Source: an uncultured Ignavibacteriales bacterium
Lineage (GTDB): Bacteria > Zixibacteria > MSB-5A5 > GN15 > FEB-12
DNA: 25,980 bases
Direction of reading: 5' to 3'
Assembly: GCA_964464605.1 (NCBI GenBank)
Contig: CAYXJN010000006.1
Location: 186,001 to 211,980 of the forward strand
Shown: positions 16,652 to 25,872 of the stretch, piece after piece
Layout of the letters: every line of letters begins with the position of its first letter
How positions within the stretch are numbered: the first letter of the stretch is position 1
Notes under the pieces: generated by a model
The model's database searches: none
Told to the model about the DNA's origin: nothing
What the model saw: the letters and a program-made list of their open reading frames with translations, nothing else
Translations under genes and position numbers: made by a program

Positions 16652-19259
16652 TAATCATGAATTTGCCGATTTGCGTTCGCTCGGCTGATTGCACCACAAA
16701 GTAATACAATCCTGATACCGCCGTTTGATGGTTGCGGGTGATTAAGTCCCATTTGTTGTGTGATGACTGCGTATCGGTGGGGTCGGTGTTATGCTCAATC
16801 GTTTGCACAAGGTCACCGTCAAGCGAGTAGATGTAAATAGTGCAGTGATAGGGAAGGTTGGCGAAATGAATCGCGCGTACACGGTCGTCCGGCAATGCTT
16901 CATCCCCGCGTCCTTCGTACCCGCCGTTCCTGTAGCTTCCGTCGATACGATAGGGATTCGGGAAAACATAGGCATCCAGCGATTTACTTTCCACGCTGTC
17001 CGCTCCCGGCTGGGCATACTCAGAAATTACGTTGGATACCGGGTCACTTTCCAAAGCAGGCAGATCCGCTTGCGGTGAGCCGTAATCGAAAGTAGTGACA
17101 GCGATATAATAGGGAACTGTCGGCAGAATATCATCGATGACAAATTCGTACTCGTAAAACTTCGGAAGCGGGCGGCCATGTTCCGTTGTAACATCATCTG
17201 CGGTCCAGAGTGTCGAATCAGTTCCCGGGTTTGTAGCGGTGGGATATACTTTCCGAATACCGCCCGGCGTATTCAGCGACGATTGATTATAATCCTGCGG
17301 CGCGAAATAGTATGATTCAGGGCCGATCCGCAACGGATTGACTCTGGTATATAGTTTTGGGTCGAATTGCGGATCATTGTAGATGATGCGAAGGGAGTCA
17401 ACCGTAAAGGGGATATCTTCAAGTACCCATTCCGGCTGCCCGTCACCGTTTATAATAAAGCGATATCGGTTGTAATCTTCCCGGTCATAAGAGGTAACAA
17501 CTGCAAGATTGGCGATACGATCATCACGGCCGAAGTATACGCGGTATCCTTCGAAATCGATTTGACGTGAAAAGATATCCGGCGTGTTTTCCGAATAGAA
17601 TCCGTTCCATCTGATAGCGAGTTTCCCTTCGGTGGGAATAATCTTAATCTGCGGGGATGGGGGTGGACCGGCGCCGCGGAAGTCGGGGATATTGTCCCCT
17701 TCATAAAAGAAGGTGTCGGCGGAGGTGTATTCATATACCGGCGTTATCGTTGTATCAGTGCCGACGATAACGGTATCGACGCGTACGACTACCGAGTCAT
17801 TTACGCAGACGCGAAACTTCCCGGCATAGCCGTCCCCATCGGTGTCGACTCCGGGGTTGTCATAAATCCAGGCAGCCCATCGTGAGTTGAGCGCCAAATC
17901 AGAAAAGTTGAGTGCGTTGTAATACGTGCTTGGATTATTCGGATCAAAGAGATTCTGAAAGTCATTCGGATTCCGATGAAAATTCTGACCGCCTATCCAG
18001 GCAAATGAGATCGGCAGCTTTTCACCCGGGCTTATGGTAAAGGGACCGAATGAAAGCAAATAGCGGGTGTCCCAGCCGCTGGCGAATTCATCGGCGTCCG
18101 GCGAAGGGGGGAGCCAGCCGGAATTACTTTGATTGAGGGCGGAGAATAAAAGGTCATAATCGAATTCTTCTCTTCGCATTACGTAGTACTTGTTACGATC
18201 CCCCTCGGGCGTTCCCAAGCGGGCGCCAAAACTGCGAAACGGCTCTTCCGGAGTAGCTTGTTGTCGCGGGCCGAAATCGCGGGTAACATCACCGTAATTC
18301 GTAATCCACCAGTTGAAAGCATACTTTAACCCGGTCGATGGGGTTCGAATAATCCGCGTTGCCAGAACACCGCGGGCTGAACGTTCATCCCATGCGCCAC
18401 CAGCCGGGTCTCCGTCATTATCTCCGTGATAAGCGATATTGACCGTATCAATGAAACCGCAGCCTTCCGGGGCGGGGTGGGTGCGATAAAAGCCGACGAT
18501 ATCATCATCCCAGCCTTCCGGGCCGTTGCGGCTGACATGCCAGGCGTCACCGTCGAGATAAATTCCTAAATAAACATTTTCGAGCGTTTTGACGCCTATG
18601 TTCTGTACCTGAAAATCAAACAGTACAAAATCATTTGCATAGGAATAACTCCAGGCCATCGAGCGCTGCATGATTTTTACGTTGAGCGGTTTATGCGGAC
18701 GGGCGTCGGTATCATCGAAGGCGACTAATCCCGGGTCGGTCAGCGTATCGGTATATTCGCAGTACAAATCCTGTTCCGAATACGCATTGGGAGAATAGAA
18801 GGGACTGTTGATATCGATTGAATACCGTTGAAAGCTGCCGAACGGAGGTTCGTCCGGCCAGAGCTCCAGCGTTTGATAGAAATCCTCGTTGCCGCAGCTT
18901 ACCAGCGTATCACGTCCGGAAATCGCGCCGATCCACATCGCGGAGACCCACAGAAAAACGATGTCGCTGTTTTTCGGGTAAACGCAGGATTGTACCTCCT
19001 GTCCCGTAACCAGATCTCGCTGAATTGAGCCCTGTGTGCCGAATGTTCCGTTGTTTGAGACTACTAACTGCAAATTACCACGGTCATGGATAGCGTATTC
19101 AATAACCGGCTGCGCCTGTGATGTCCGGGTTCTTGTAGTTTGCTTGCTCGTTAGTTTCGGATCGATCGCAGTGCGGGCATTTGTTGATGGAGTAAAAATG
19201 ATGGCCGCTTCAAGCGAAACAAGAAGCGGCCATATGAACTTGACTGTTTGGTAACGCAT
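16644..19259 (-). CDS. Large secreted protein (paralog 2), FN3-like domain and T9SS-CTD/FlgD-Ig-like C-terminus
   Basis: Signal peptide-like N-terminus; DTDGDG; PPPSP..FEGYRVY; VFPNPY..IYSLDGDLV..WDL..SGLYY..GKFMIIK. Confidence 0.8.
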   Translation of the reverse strand: MRYQTVKFIWPLLVSLEAAIIFTPSTNARTAIDPKLTSKQTTRTRTSQAQPVIEYAIHDRGNLQLVVSNNGTFGTQGSIQRDLVTGQEVQSCVYPKNSDIVFLWVSAMWIGAISGRDTLVSCGNEDFYQTLELWPDEPPFGSFQRYSIDINSPFYSPNAYSEQDLYCEYTDTLTDPGLVAFDDTDARPHKPLNVKIMQRSMAWSYSYANDFVLFDFQVQNIGVKTLENVYLGIYLDGDAWHVSRNGPEGWDDDIVGFYRTHPAPEGCGFIDTVNIAYHGDNDGDPAGGAWDERSARGVLATRIIRTPSTGLKYAFNWWITNYGDVTRDFGPRQQATPEEPFRSFGARLGTPEGDRNKYYVMRREEFDYDLLFSALNQSNSGWLPPSPDADEFASGWDTRYLLSFGPFTISPGEKLPISFAWIGGQNFHRNPNDFQNLFDPNNPSTYYNALNFSDLALNSRWAAWIYDNPGVDTDGDGYAGKFRVCVNDSVVVRVDTVIVGTDTTITPVYEYTSADTFFYEGDNIPDFRGAGPPPSPQIKIIPTEGKLAIRWNGFYSENTPDIFSRQIDFEGYRVYFGRDDRIANLAVVTSYDREDYNRYRFIINGDGQPEWVLEDIPFTVDSLRIIYNDPQFDPKLYTRVNPLRIGPESYYFAPQDYNQSSLNTPGGIRKVYPTATNPGTDSTLWTADDVTTEHGRPLPKFYEYEFVIDDILPTVPYYIAVTTFDYGSPQADLPALESDPVSNVISEYAQPGADSVESKSLDAYVFPNPYRIDGSYRNGGYEGRGDEALPDDRVRAIHFANLPYHCTIYIYSLDGDLVQTIEHNTDPTDTQSSHNKWDLITRNHQTAVSGLYYFVVQSAERTQIGKFMIIK

Positions 19260-19269
19260 CGGCGGAAAG

Positions 19270-21822
19270 CTACATGATAATCATAACTTTGCCAATTTGG
19301 GTTTTGCCGTCCGGTGCTTCGACTGTCCAGTAGTAGAGCCCCGAAACCACTAACTGGGTATTACGGGTAATCAGGCTCCATTGATCATGGGTAGCTGTCG
19401 GATCGGCCGGGTCTTTATCATGCTTGATTTCGTTAATCAAGTCTCCGTCCAACGAATAAATGCGAATCGTGCATTTCGGGGGGAGATTGGTAAAGTTAAT
19501 CGCGCGAACGCGATCATCCGGACGGTCAGCATTGCCGCGTCCTTCAAAACCGGTACCGCGGTAGTCTGAATCGATACGATACGGATTCGGATATACATAG
19601 ACCGGTAAATCCTTCGCCAAAACAGAGTCGGCCGGCGGCTGCGCATACGCTTCAATAGAACCAATCGATACAGAAGTCTCAAGCGACGGAAGTCCGGATA
19701 CCGGTGAACCGAAATCGAACGCCGTTACATTGATGAACCAGGGCACCGTCGGCAGCATGTTGTCGATATCAGCATAGTATTCGAAATATTTGAACCGGCC
19801 GTCTTCCGTAAGCTCATCCGCCTGCGCGGAATCAGGGTTCAATGAAGAAGGGAACGGCTGATTCGGGAATGTTTTTCGGATATCCGTGTTTACGCCGGGA
19901 ATCGCTACGTTGTAATCCTGTCTTTCGAAATAGAAAATAGAATCGCCGATTCGGAGGGGATTCACACGGTCGTACGTAAGCGGGTCGAAAGTGGAGTCAG
20001 AACAGGATGCCGCATACAAGCACCTGAGTGAATCTCTGGTGAACGGCGGATCCAAAAGCGCGTATTCGCCGACGACATCATCGAATATCCATTTGTTGTA
20101 GTCTTCTTTGTCGTAGGAAGCGATAACAAAGTAACTCGACGGACGCGCGTCACGCGCCATGTAAATACGATATCCTTCAAAGTCGTTGATTCGGGAGAAA
20201 TTGTCGCGCGTTGTTTCGGAGCGATATCCGTTAAAGCGGATATGAAACTCTCCTTCGCTCGGTTCAACCCATATTTCCGGAGCCGGGGGTGGGGAGGCTC
20301 CCTTAAAATCCGGAACGCCGTCACCGGAGGTGAACACGGTGTCGGACCTGCTTGGCACCCAAACGCTGTCGGAAAGAGTGGACTCAAGCACACAGACAAC
20401 AAACGGTCCCGCATAGCCGTCACCATCAGTATCGACACCCGGGTTGTCGTAAATCCAGGATGCCCAGCGGCCGTTGCTTCCTAAGTCGGCAAAGCTGAGA
20501 TTTGAAAGATAGGTTCCTGGGTCACCACCCGTGCAGTTAGTCAGATTGTCCGGATCCTGATGAAAGTCCTGACCAGCGACATAGGCAAACGAGATCGGCA
20601 GTTTTGCGCCCGGTGTAATTTCGAACGGACCGAATGAAAGCAGGTAACGGGTATCCAGGCGACATGCCACGGACGGGTTTCCGGGGAGCCAAAGGGTATC
20701 CCCCTGTCCAACCACACCGGCGAATACCTGACTGTAATCGAACTCCTGATTTCTTAACTGATAATATTTGTTTTTGTCGCCGCGCGGTGTGCCTAAACCA
20801 CCGGTTCCGAAATCACGGAAATCTTCCTGTAGTCTTCCTTTGTTCGGTCGTTCACGCGGTCCAAAATCGCTGGCCGGAGAGGTATTACTCACCCACCAGT
20901 TGAAGGAAACATCAAGATTCGTTGACGGTGTTCGCACAATACGAGTCGCGGTAACATCCGGTGTTCCGGCATTGCCTCCTTCACCGAAGTCGCCGTCGTT
21001 GTCGGCGATCCAAGCGAGGTTTACGGTATCTAGGTATTCGCATCCGCGAACAGAAGAAACCAGCGTTTCTACAAAGCCGCAAACGTCATCCTGTGCGCGG
21101 TCGTTATCGCCGCTCGCACCCACATCGGCATCGACGTAGATTCCCATATAGACATCGTTCAAGGTTTGCGTACCGATATTGGAAATCTGATAATCGAAAA
21201 GAATAAAATCTTCAGCATAACCGTACGACCAGGCGTATGAATTTTCGGTAACCTGTATATGGAGCGGTCGGTGCGGAACGCCGGTCGGATCAGGGTCGAC
21301 GCCGACCGTGTTGGTATCGAAGTATACGCTGACAAAATCTTCTTCGGAAATAGCGCCAACATATTCTTCTTTGGACGGATCAATGATAGAGCGACGAATC
21401 ATTTTGCCGAAGGGGTCTTCGTCCGGATAAAACTCGCCCGATACCGGTTCCCATCCGTCAGCACCGAGTGATACAAGCGTATCGCGTCCGACTACCGCGC
21501 CGATCCAAAATGCGCCGGCAAACAGATAATCGTTATTCGATCCTTTCGGATATTCGCATGAGGGGACTTCCTGACCGGTAAACACATCAACACCGGTGTA
21601 GGTGCTGAACCCGGTTCCGAACGTTCCACTGTTATTGACGCAGAGCGTAAGTTTGTTTACCCGGTGGGCGGCGCGTTCATGAATCGGAACTCCGGCAAGG
21701 CTGGCTGCCTGTCTTTGTTCTTTACTGTATTCCTGCGGTAATGAGCGGGCGGCAACGGGGACGCTTATCAATAATGACAGGGCAATAAGCGCTGCGAGCG
21801 ATGTTGTTATCCGAGACTTCAT
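19270..21822 (-). CDS. Large secreted protein (paralog 1), same architecture
   Basis: Sec signal peptide ending VAA; collinear motifs with the neighbour; VYPNPY..IYSLDGDLI..SGLYY..GKVMIIM; SD GGAG. Confidence 0.82.
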   Translation of the reverse strand: MKSRITTSLAALIALSLLISVPVAARSLPQEYSKEQRQAASLAGVPIHERAAHRVNKLTLCVNNSGTFGTGFSTYTGVDVFTGQEVPSCEYPKGSNNDYLFAGAFWIGAVVGRDTLVSLGADGWEPVSGEFYPDEDPFGKMIRRSIIDPSKEEYVGAISEEDFVSVYFDTNTVGVDPDPTGVPHRPLHIQVTENSYAWSYGYAEDFILFDYQISNIGTQTLNDVYMGIYVDADVGASGDNDRAQDDVCGFVETLVSSVRGCEYLDTVNLAWIADNDGDFGEGGNAGTPDVTATRIVRTPSTNLDVSFNWWVSNTSPASDFGPRERPNKGRLQEDFRDFGTGGLGTPRGDKNKYYQLRNQEFDYSQVFAGVVGQGDTLWLPGNPSVACRLDTRYLLSFGPFEITPGAKLPISFAYVAGQDFHQDPDNLTNCTGGDPGTYLSNLSFADLGSNGRWASWIYDNPGVDTDGDGYAGPFVVCVLESTLSDSVWVPSRSDTVFTSGDGVPDFKGASPPPAPEIWVEPSEGEFHIRFNGYRSETTRDNFSRINDFEGYRIYMARDARPSSYFVIASYDKEDYNKWIFDDVVGEYALLDPPFTRDSLRCLYAASCSDSTFDPLTYDRVNPLRIGDSIFYFERQDYNVAIPGVNTDIRKTFPNQPFPSSLNPDSAQADELTEDGRFKYFEYYADIDNMLPTVPWFINVTAFDFGSPVSGLPSLETSVSIGSIEAYAQPPADSVLAKDLPVYVYPNPYRIDSDYRGTGFEGRGNADRPDDRVRAINFTNLPPKCTIRIYSLDGDLINEIKHDKDPADPTATHDQWSLITRNTQLVVSGLYYWTVEAPDGKTQIGKVMIIM

Positions 21823-22014
21823 ATCTCCCAGTATCTCCTATGTTCCCTAATATCCCAGCCAAAGCCTGGCAAAGCGGGTATGTTCTCCGGCCAGTGTGAA
21901 AACGGTACGAAAGTTACCCTGCTCCGGCAAGCTCTTTTCTGCGAAAAGTTTACCCGGAATTCCGGTCATTCGAAAGAGAAGACGAATAGCGGTTACTGTT
22001 TGTTCAAGCGAATG

Positions 22015-22758
22015 TTACCGGCGCGCAATTTCTGCGAGAACTTTGCGAGTCGAATCGGTCAGGATTCGGTACCCGGCATCGTTCGGATCGATGTCATCAA
22101 AGGAGAGCTCTTCACGCAAAAAGCCATGCTCGTCTTGTAGTAACATATTGCAGTCGACAAGGGGAAAGGAGTGTGATTTGGCAAACTCTCGAATCCAGCT
22201 GTTGTAGGCTGATACGGAATCTCCCAACCGGTATCCTTCCAGATCATATTGCTTATCCCGAAAGGGAACGGTCGTCGTGAGAATGGGGGTAATGTTGTTC
22301 GCATGCGCCAGCGTGGCCAGTGATGCTAAATAATCTTCGATTTCTTGAACGGAAATTTCTGAACGAAAATTGTAAGAACTGATTTCAATAAAAACGGCAA
22401 ACGGTTTGAGATCACTGACATCCGGCTTGAATCGCAAAACCAACCCGGCGGCTCGCTGTCCGAACACGCCCCGGTTAATCGCTTCATATTCCGGAGCAAA
22501 AAGCGAATCGACTTTCCAGCGCTCAATAACCTGTGTGCCTAAAAAGAGAACGCGATTCGGAATCGTCGTGTCGGAAATCAGTGTTCGGTTTTGCTCGGCA
22601 TACACGGACCGCTGCGAAAACTCTTTCACAACGGTCGTGTATTTATCGAGAAAGAAATTGATATGATTCCGGTATTCCAATGCTTTCATGGCGACATAAA
22701 AGACTCCGAGATTCACCAGGAGCGAAAGCACTAAAATAAATTTCCAGAATTTAGTCAT
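22015..22758 (-). CDS. SGNH/GDSL-fold protein with N-terminal membrane anchor and degenerate active site
   Basis: RVLFLGTQVIERW (block I), INRGVFGQ (II), EISSYN (III), DDIDPNDAGY (V). Confidence 0.8.
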   Translation of the reverse strand: MTKFWKFILVLSLLVNLGVFYVAMKALEYRNHINFFLDKYTTVVKEFSQRSVYAEQNRTLISDTTIPNRVLFLGTQVIERWKVDSLFAPEYEAINRGVFGQRAAGLVLRFKPDVSDLKPFAVFIEISSYNFRSEISVQEIEDYLASLATLAHANNITPILTTTVPFRDKQYDLEGYRLGDSVSAYNSWIREFAKSHSFPLVDCNMLLQDEHGFLREELSFDDIDPNDAGYRILTDSTRKVLAEIARR

Positions 22759-22770
22759 GCTGAAACGCGG

Positions 22771-23493
22771 TTACCCGATCGCTGCATTCAATCGTGATTC
22801 GACAGCCGGCCAGTTGACCACGTTCCACCATGCTTCCACGTAGTCGGCGCGCTTGTTCTGGTATTTCAAATAGTAGGCATGCTCCCAGACATCGATCCCT
22901 AAAATCGGCGTGGCGCCCCACTGCGCTATTTTCTGTTGGTTTTCAGCCTGAAGTATCACGAGCCGCTTATCCATCGGGCGATAATGCAGCAATGCCCAGC
23001 CGCTTCCTTCCACGCGAACGGCAGCCGCCGTGAACTGTTTTTTGAATGCGTCGAAAGAACCGAAGTCTTCAATAACTTTTTCGGCTATCACACCTGTCGG
23101 TTGTCCGCCTGCGTTCGGTGACATGATTGACCAAAAGAGGGAGTGGAGGTAATGGCCGCCGTAGTTAAATCCAACCTGACGTGACCAGTGCTGAATCAGA
23201 TTAAAATCACCCGTTTCCCGCGCTTTTGCCAGCTCAGTTTCAGCGGTATTTAATGCGGTCACATAGGCCTGATGATGTTTGCTGTGGTGAATTTCCATCG
23301 TCTGAGCATCGATGTGCGGTTCCAGCGCGTTGTAGGCATACGGTAATTGGGGAAGTTCATGTTTGGTAATCGAGCCGATTCCTGTCGGTGCGGCTGGTGT
23401 CGTTTGTGCGAGTACCGTGTTCAGTCCGCCGACTATCCCTCCGGCCAATACTGCGCCGCCTGCTGTTTTCAAGAAATTTCTGCGTTCATTCAT
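22771..23493 (-). CDS. Mn/Fe superoxide dismutase with Tat signal peptide
   Basis: ERRNFLK twin-arginine motif; HHSKHH, GGHYLHSLFW, DVWEHAYY; SD GGAGGT. Confidence 0.96.
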   Translation of the reverse strand: MNERRNFLKTAGGAVLAGGIVGGLNTVLAQTTPAAPTGIGSITKHELPQLPYAYNALEPHIDAQTMEIHHSKHHQAYVTALNTAETELAKARETGDFNLIQHWSRQVGFNYGGHYLHSLFWSIMSPNAGGQPTGVIAEKVIEDFGSFDAFKKQFTAAAVRVEGSGWALLHYRPMDKRLVILQAENQQKIAQWGATPILGIDVWEHAYYLKYQNKRADYVEAWWNVVNWPAVESRLNAAIG

Positions 23494-23591
23494 TCGTTAC
23501 CTCCGGAATTTGTACTCCTTGTATGCAATCTGCCCGCTCCCGGTTCAGCAAGTCAACGAGAAACTTCAGGATAAGCATGCAAGAGCGTAGA

Positions 23592-23620
23592 TTGACAGAG
23601 AAGAAAAGAGCCGGTATCTT
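23592..23620 (+). promoter_or_regulatory. Sigma70-type purEK promoter
   Basis: TTGACA-N17-TATCTT, 9 nt before ATG 23630. Confidence 0.7.
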
Positions 23621-23629
23621 TCCGGCTCA

Positions 23630-24130
23630 ATGAAAAAACGGACATCATCCCAAGCGCGTGTTGCCATTATTATGGGGAGCAAATCGGATTGGGAAACAAT
23701 GCGCAACGCAGCCGCAATACTCGATCAGTTCGGTGTGCGGTATGAAACGGAAATTACCTCTGCACACCGTACCCCGAAAAAAATGGCGACCTTTGCCGAG
23801 AAGGCAGAGGCCCGCGGTATACAGGTTATTATAGCCGGAGCGGGGGGGGCGGCGCATTTGCCGGGAATGACCGCATCGCATACGATTTTGCCGGTGCTCG
23901 GTGTTCCTGTACAAAGCAAAGCGCTGAAAGGGCTCGATTCACTCTTGTCCATCGCCCAGATGCCGAAAGGAATCCCGGTCGGAACACTGGCTATCGGCGA
24001 GCCGGGGGCGGCTAATGCCGGACTTTTGGCCGTATCGATTTTAGCCTTACAGGATAGTCAGTTACGAAAGAAACTTCATCAGTTTCGTGAAGCGCAAACC
24101 AAACGGGTTTTGAAAGACCGTCTCCCTTGA
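23630..24130 (+). CDS. purE: N5-CAIR mutase
   Basis: [43 protein letters not shown]. Confidence 0.98.
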   Translation: MKKRTSSQARVAIIMGSKSDWETMRNAAAILDQFGVRYETEITSAHRTPKKMATFAEKAEARGIQVIIAGAGGAAHLPGMTASHTILPVLGVPVQSKALKGLDSLLSIAQMPKGIPVGTLAIGEPGAANAGLLAVSILALQDSQLRKKLHQFREAQTKRVLKDRLP

Positions 24131-25266
24131 TTCATACACTTTCTCCCGGCTCAACACTCGGTGTTTTAGGCAGCGGGCAGCTTGGCCGGATGTTCGCTCA
24201 GGCGGCAGTTCGGATGGGGTATCAAGTTCATTGCTATTCACCGGAAGCAAATTCACCGACTGGAGCAATCGCACAGCGGGAATTTGCCGGGTCGTATGAC
24301 GATCTTGATGCTATTACAGCCTTCGCCAAAACTGTCCAAGTTATCACCTTTGAATTTGAAAATGTTTCTTCGTTAGCCGGAGAGACAGCCGCCAGATTTG
24401 TCCCGGTTTTTCCTGCGCCGAATGTGTTGCATGTCTGCCAGCATCGGATTCGGGAAAAAACATTTCTGCGCGATAATGGATTCCCTGTTCCCGAATTTAC
24501 CATCGTTCGTTCATTAGCCGAACTCAATCAAGCCGCGCAGAAAATTGGTATTCCCGGTGTACTGAAAACAGCGGGGTTCGGGTATGACGGGAAAGGACAG
24601 GCTATTATCCGCAATCAATCGGAAATAGAAAGTGCATGGCAAAAGCTGAGTACATCTGAAGCGATTTATGAAGCCTTCGTCGAATTTGAAAAAGAAGTTT
24701 CGGTTGTTGGTGCGCGAAGTCAGCAAGGTGAATTTTCGCATTTTGGTGTGATCGAAAATAGCCACGCACACCATATTCTCGATATCTCATTCGCGCCCGC
24801 TGCCGTGTCATCGGAATTAGCAAAACAAGCGGTAGCAGTCGCAGAGGGGATACTGCGTACCCTTGATATCGTAGGTTTGCTCTGTGTTGAGATGTTCGTT
24901 ACAAAAACCGGAAAAATCTTAGTAAATGAATTAGCGCCTCGTCCGCACAATTCCGGACATCTAACTATCGAAGCATGCGCCGCTAGTCAATTCGAGCAAC
25001 AGGTGCGGATGATTTCCGGATTGCCGGTTGGAGATACAACTATTCGTCGTCCGGCGGCGATGGCGAATCTGCTTGGTGATATCTGGAGTAGCGGAGAGCC
25101 GAATTGGTCGGCAGTAACCGGGCAGTCTGATCTGTTTTTACATTTATATGGGAAAGCTGAAGCCCGTCCCGGTCGGAAAATGGGACACCTGACTGCCTTG
25201 GCCGATACGCCGGAAAAAGCGGTCGAAAACGTGCGCGCCGCCCGTTTGGCGCTTACAAAAAAATAG
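24127..25266 (+). CDS. purK: N5-CAIR synthetase
   Basis: [50 protein letters not shown] start overlaps the purE stop. Confidence 0.97.
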   Translation: MIHTLSPGSTLGVLGSGQLGRMFAQAAVRMGYQVHCYSPEANSPTGAIAQREFAGSYDDLDAITAFAKTVQVITFEFENVSSLAGETAARFVPVFPAPNVLHVCQHRIREKTFLRDNGFPVPEFTIVRSLAELNQAAQKIGIPGVLKTAGFGYDGKGQAIIRNQSEIESAWQKLSTSEAIYEAFVEFEKEVSVVGARSQQGEFSHFGVIENSHAHHILDISFAPAAVSSELAKQAVAVAEGILRTLDIVGLLCVEMFVTKTGKILVNELAPRPHNSGHLTIEACAASQFEQQVRMISGLPVGDTTIRRPAAMANLLGDIWSSGEPNWSAVTGQSDLFLHLYGKAEARPGRKMGHLTALADTPEKAVENVRAARLALTKK

Positions 25267-25350
25267 CTGGAAACTTTAGCGGACATTTAGCATTTCTATA
25301 TGATATTACCAATGTCAGTACTTAGTTGAACGAATGAAAGGATAGTTGAT

Positions 25351-25863
25351 ATGCAATCGATGTATGATCGTGAACAGGTCAAATTCATGTGGCAGGAATT
25401 GGAGCAGGTGGGACTAAAACCGCTCTTCACGCCGCAGGAAGTTGATACGGTGATAAAAGAGGGGAAAGGAACAACGCTCGTAATGGTCAATTCCGTCTGC
25501 GGCTGTTCCGCCGGATACGCCCGTCCTGGTGTAGCCTTAGCATTACAGAACAAAGTTATTCCGGATAATCTGACCACGGTTTTTGCCGGAGTCGATATGG
25601 AAGCGACCCAGCGCGCCCGTGAACTGATGACCGATATGCCGCCATCATCACCCTCGGTTGCCCTTTTCAAAGATGGTGAATTGGTGTTTATGCTGCATCG
25701 CCGTCAGATCGAGGGAAGCAGCGCAGAGATGGTCGCGGAAGCATTAGTTGAAGCATTCAACGAACATTGCAGCAAAAGCGGGCCGTCGGTATCCAAAGAG
25801 GTTTTTATGAAAGTCTACGGCGAAGGCTGGGGCCCGGTCTGTGGTTCGCAGTTTGAACGGTAA
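25351..25863 (+). CDS. BrxA/BrxB family bacilliredoxin
   Basis: NSVCGCSAGYARP, TVFAGVD.EAT..AR, PPSSPSVALFKDG. Confidence 0.92.
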   Translation: MQSMYDREQVKFMWQELEQVGLKPLFTPQEVDTVIKEGKGTTLVMVNSVCGCSAGYARPGVALALQNKVIPDNLTTVFAGVDMEATQRARELMTDMPPSSPSVALFKDGELVFMLHRRQIEGSSAEMVAEALVEAFNEHCSKSGPSVSKEVFMKVYGEGWGPVCGSQFER

Positions 25864-25872
25864 GCTATATTT

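Noticed and set aside
25269..25300. ECF promoter upstream of the bacilliredoxin (GGAAACTT...TCTA)
   Set aside because: Spacing is off and the match is weak.
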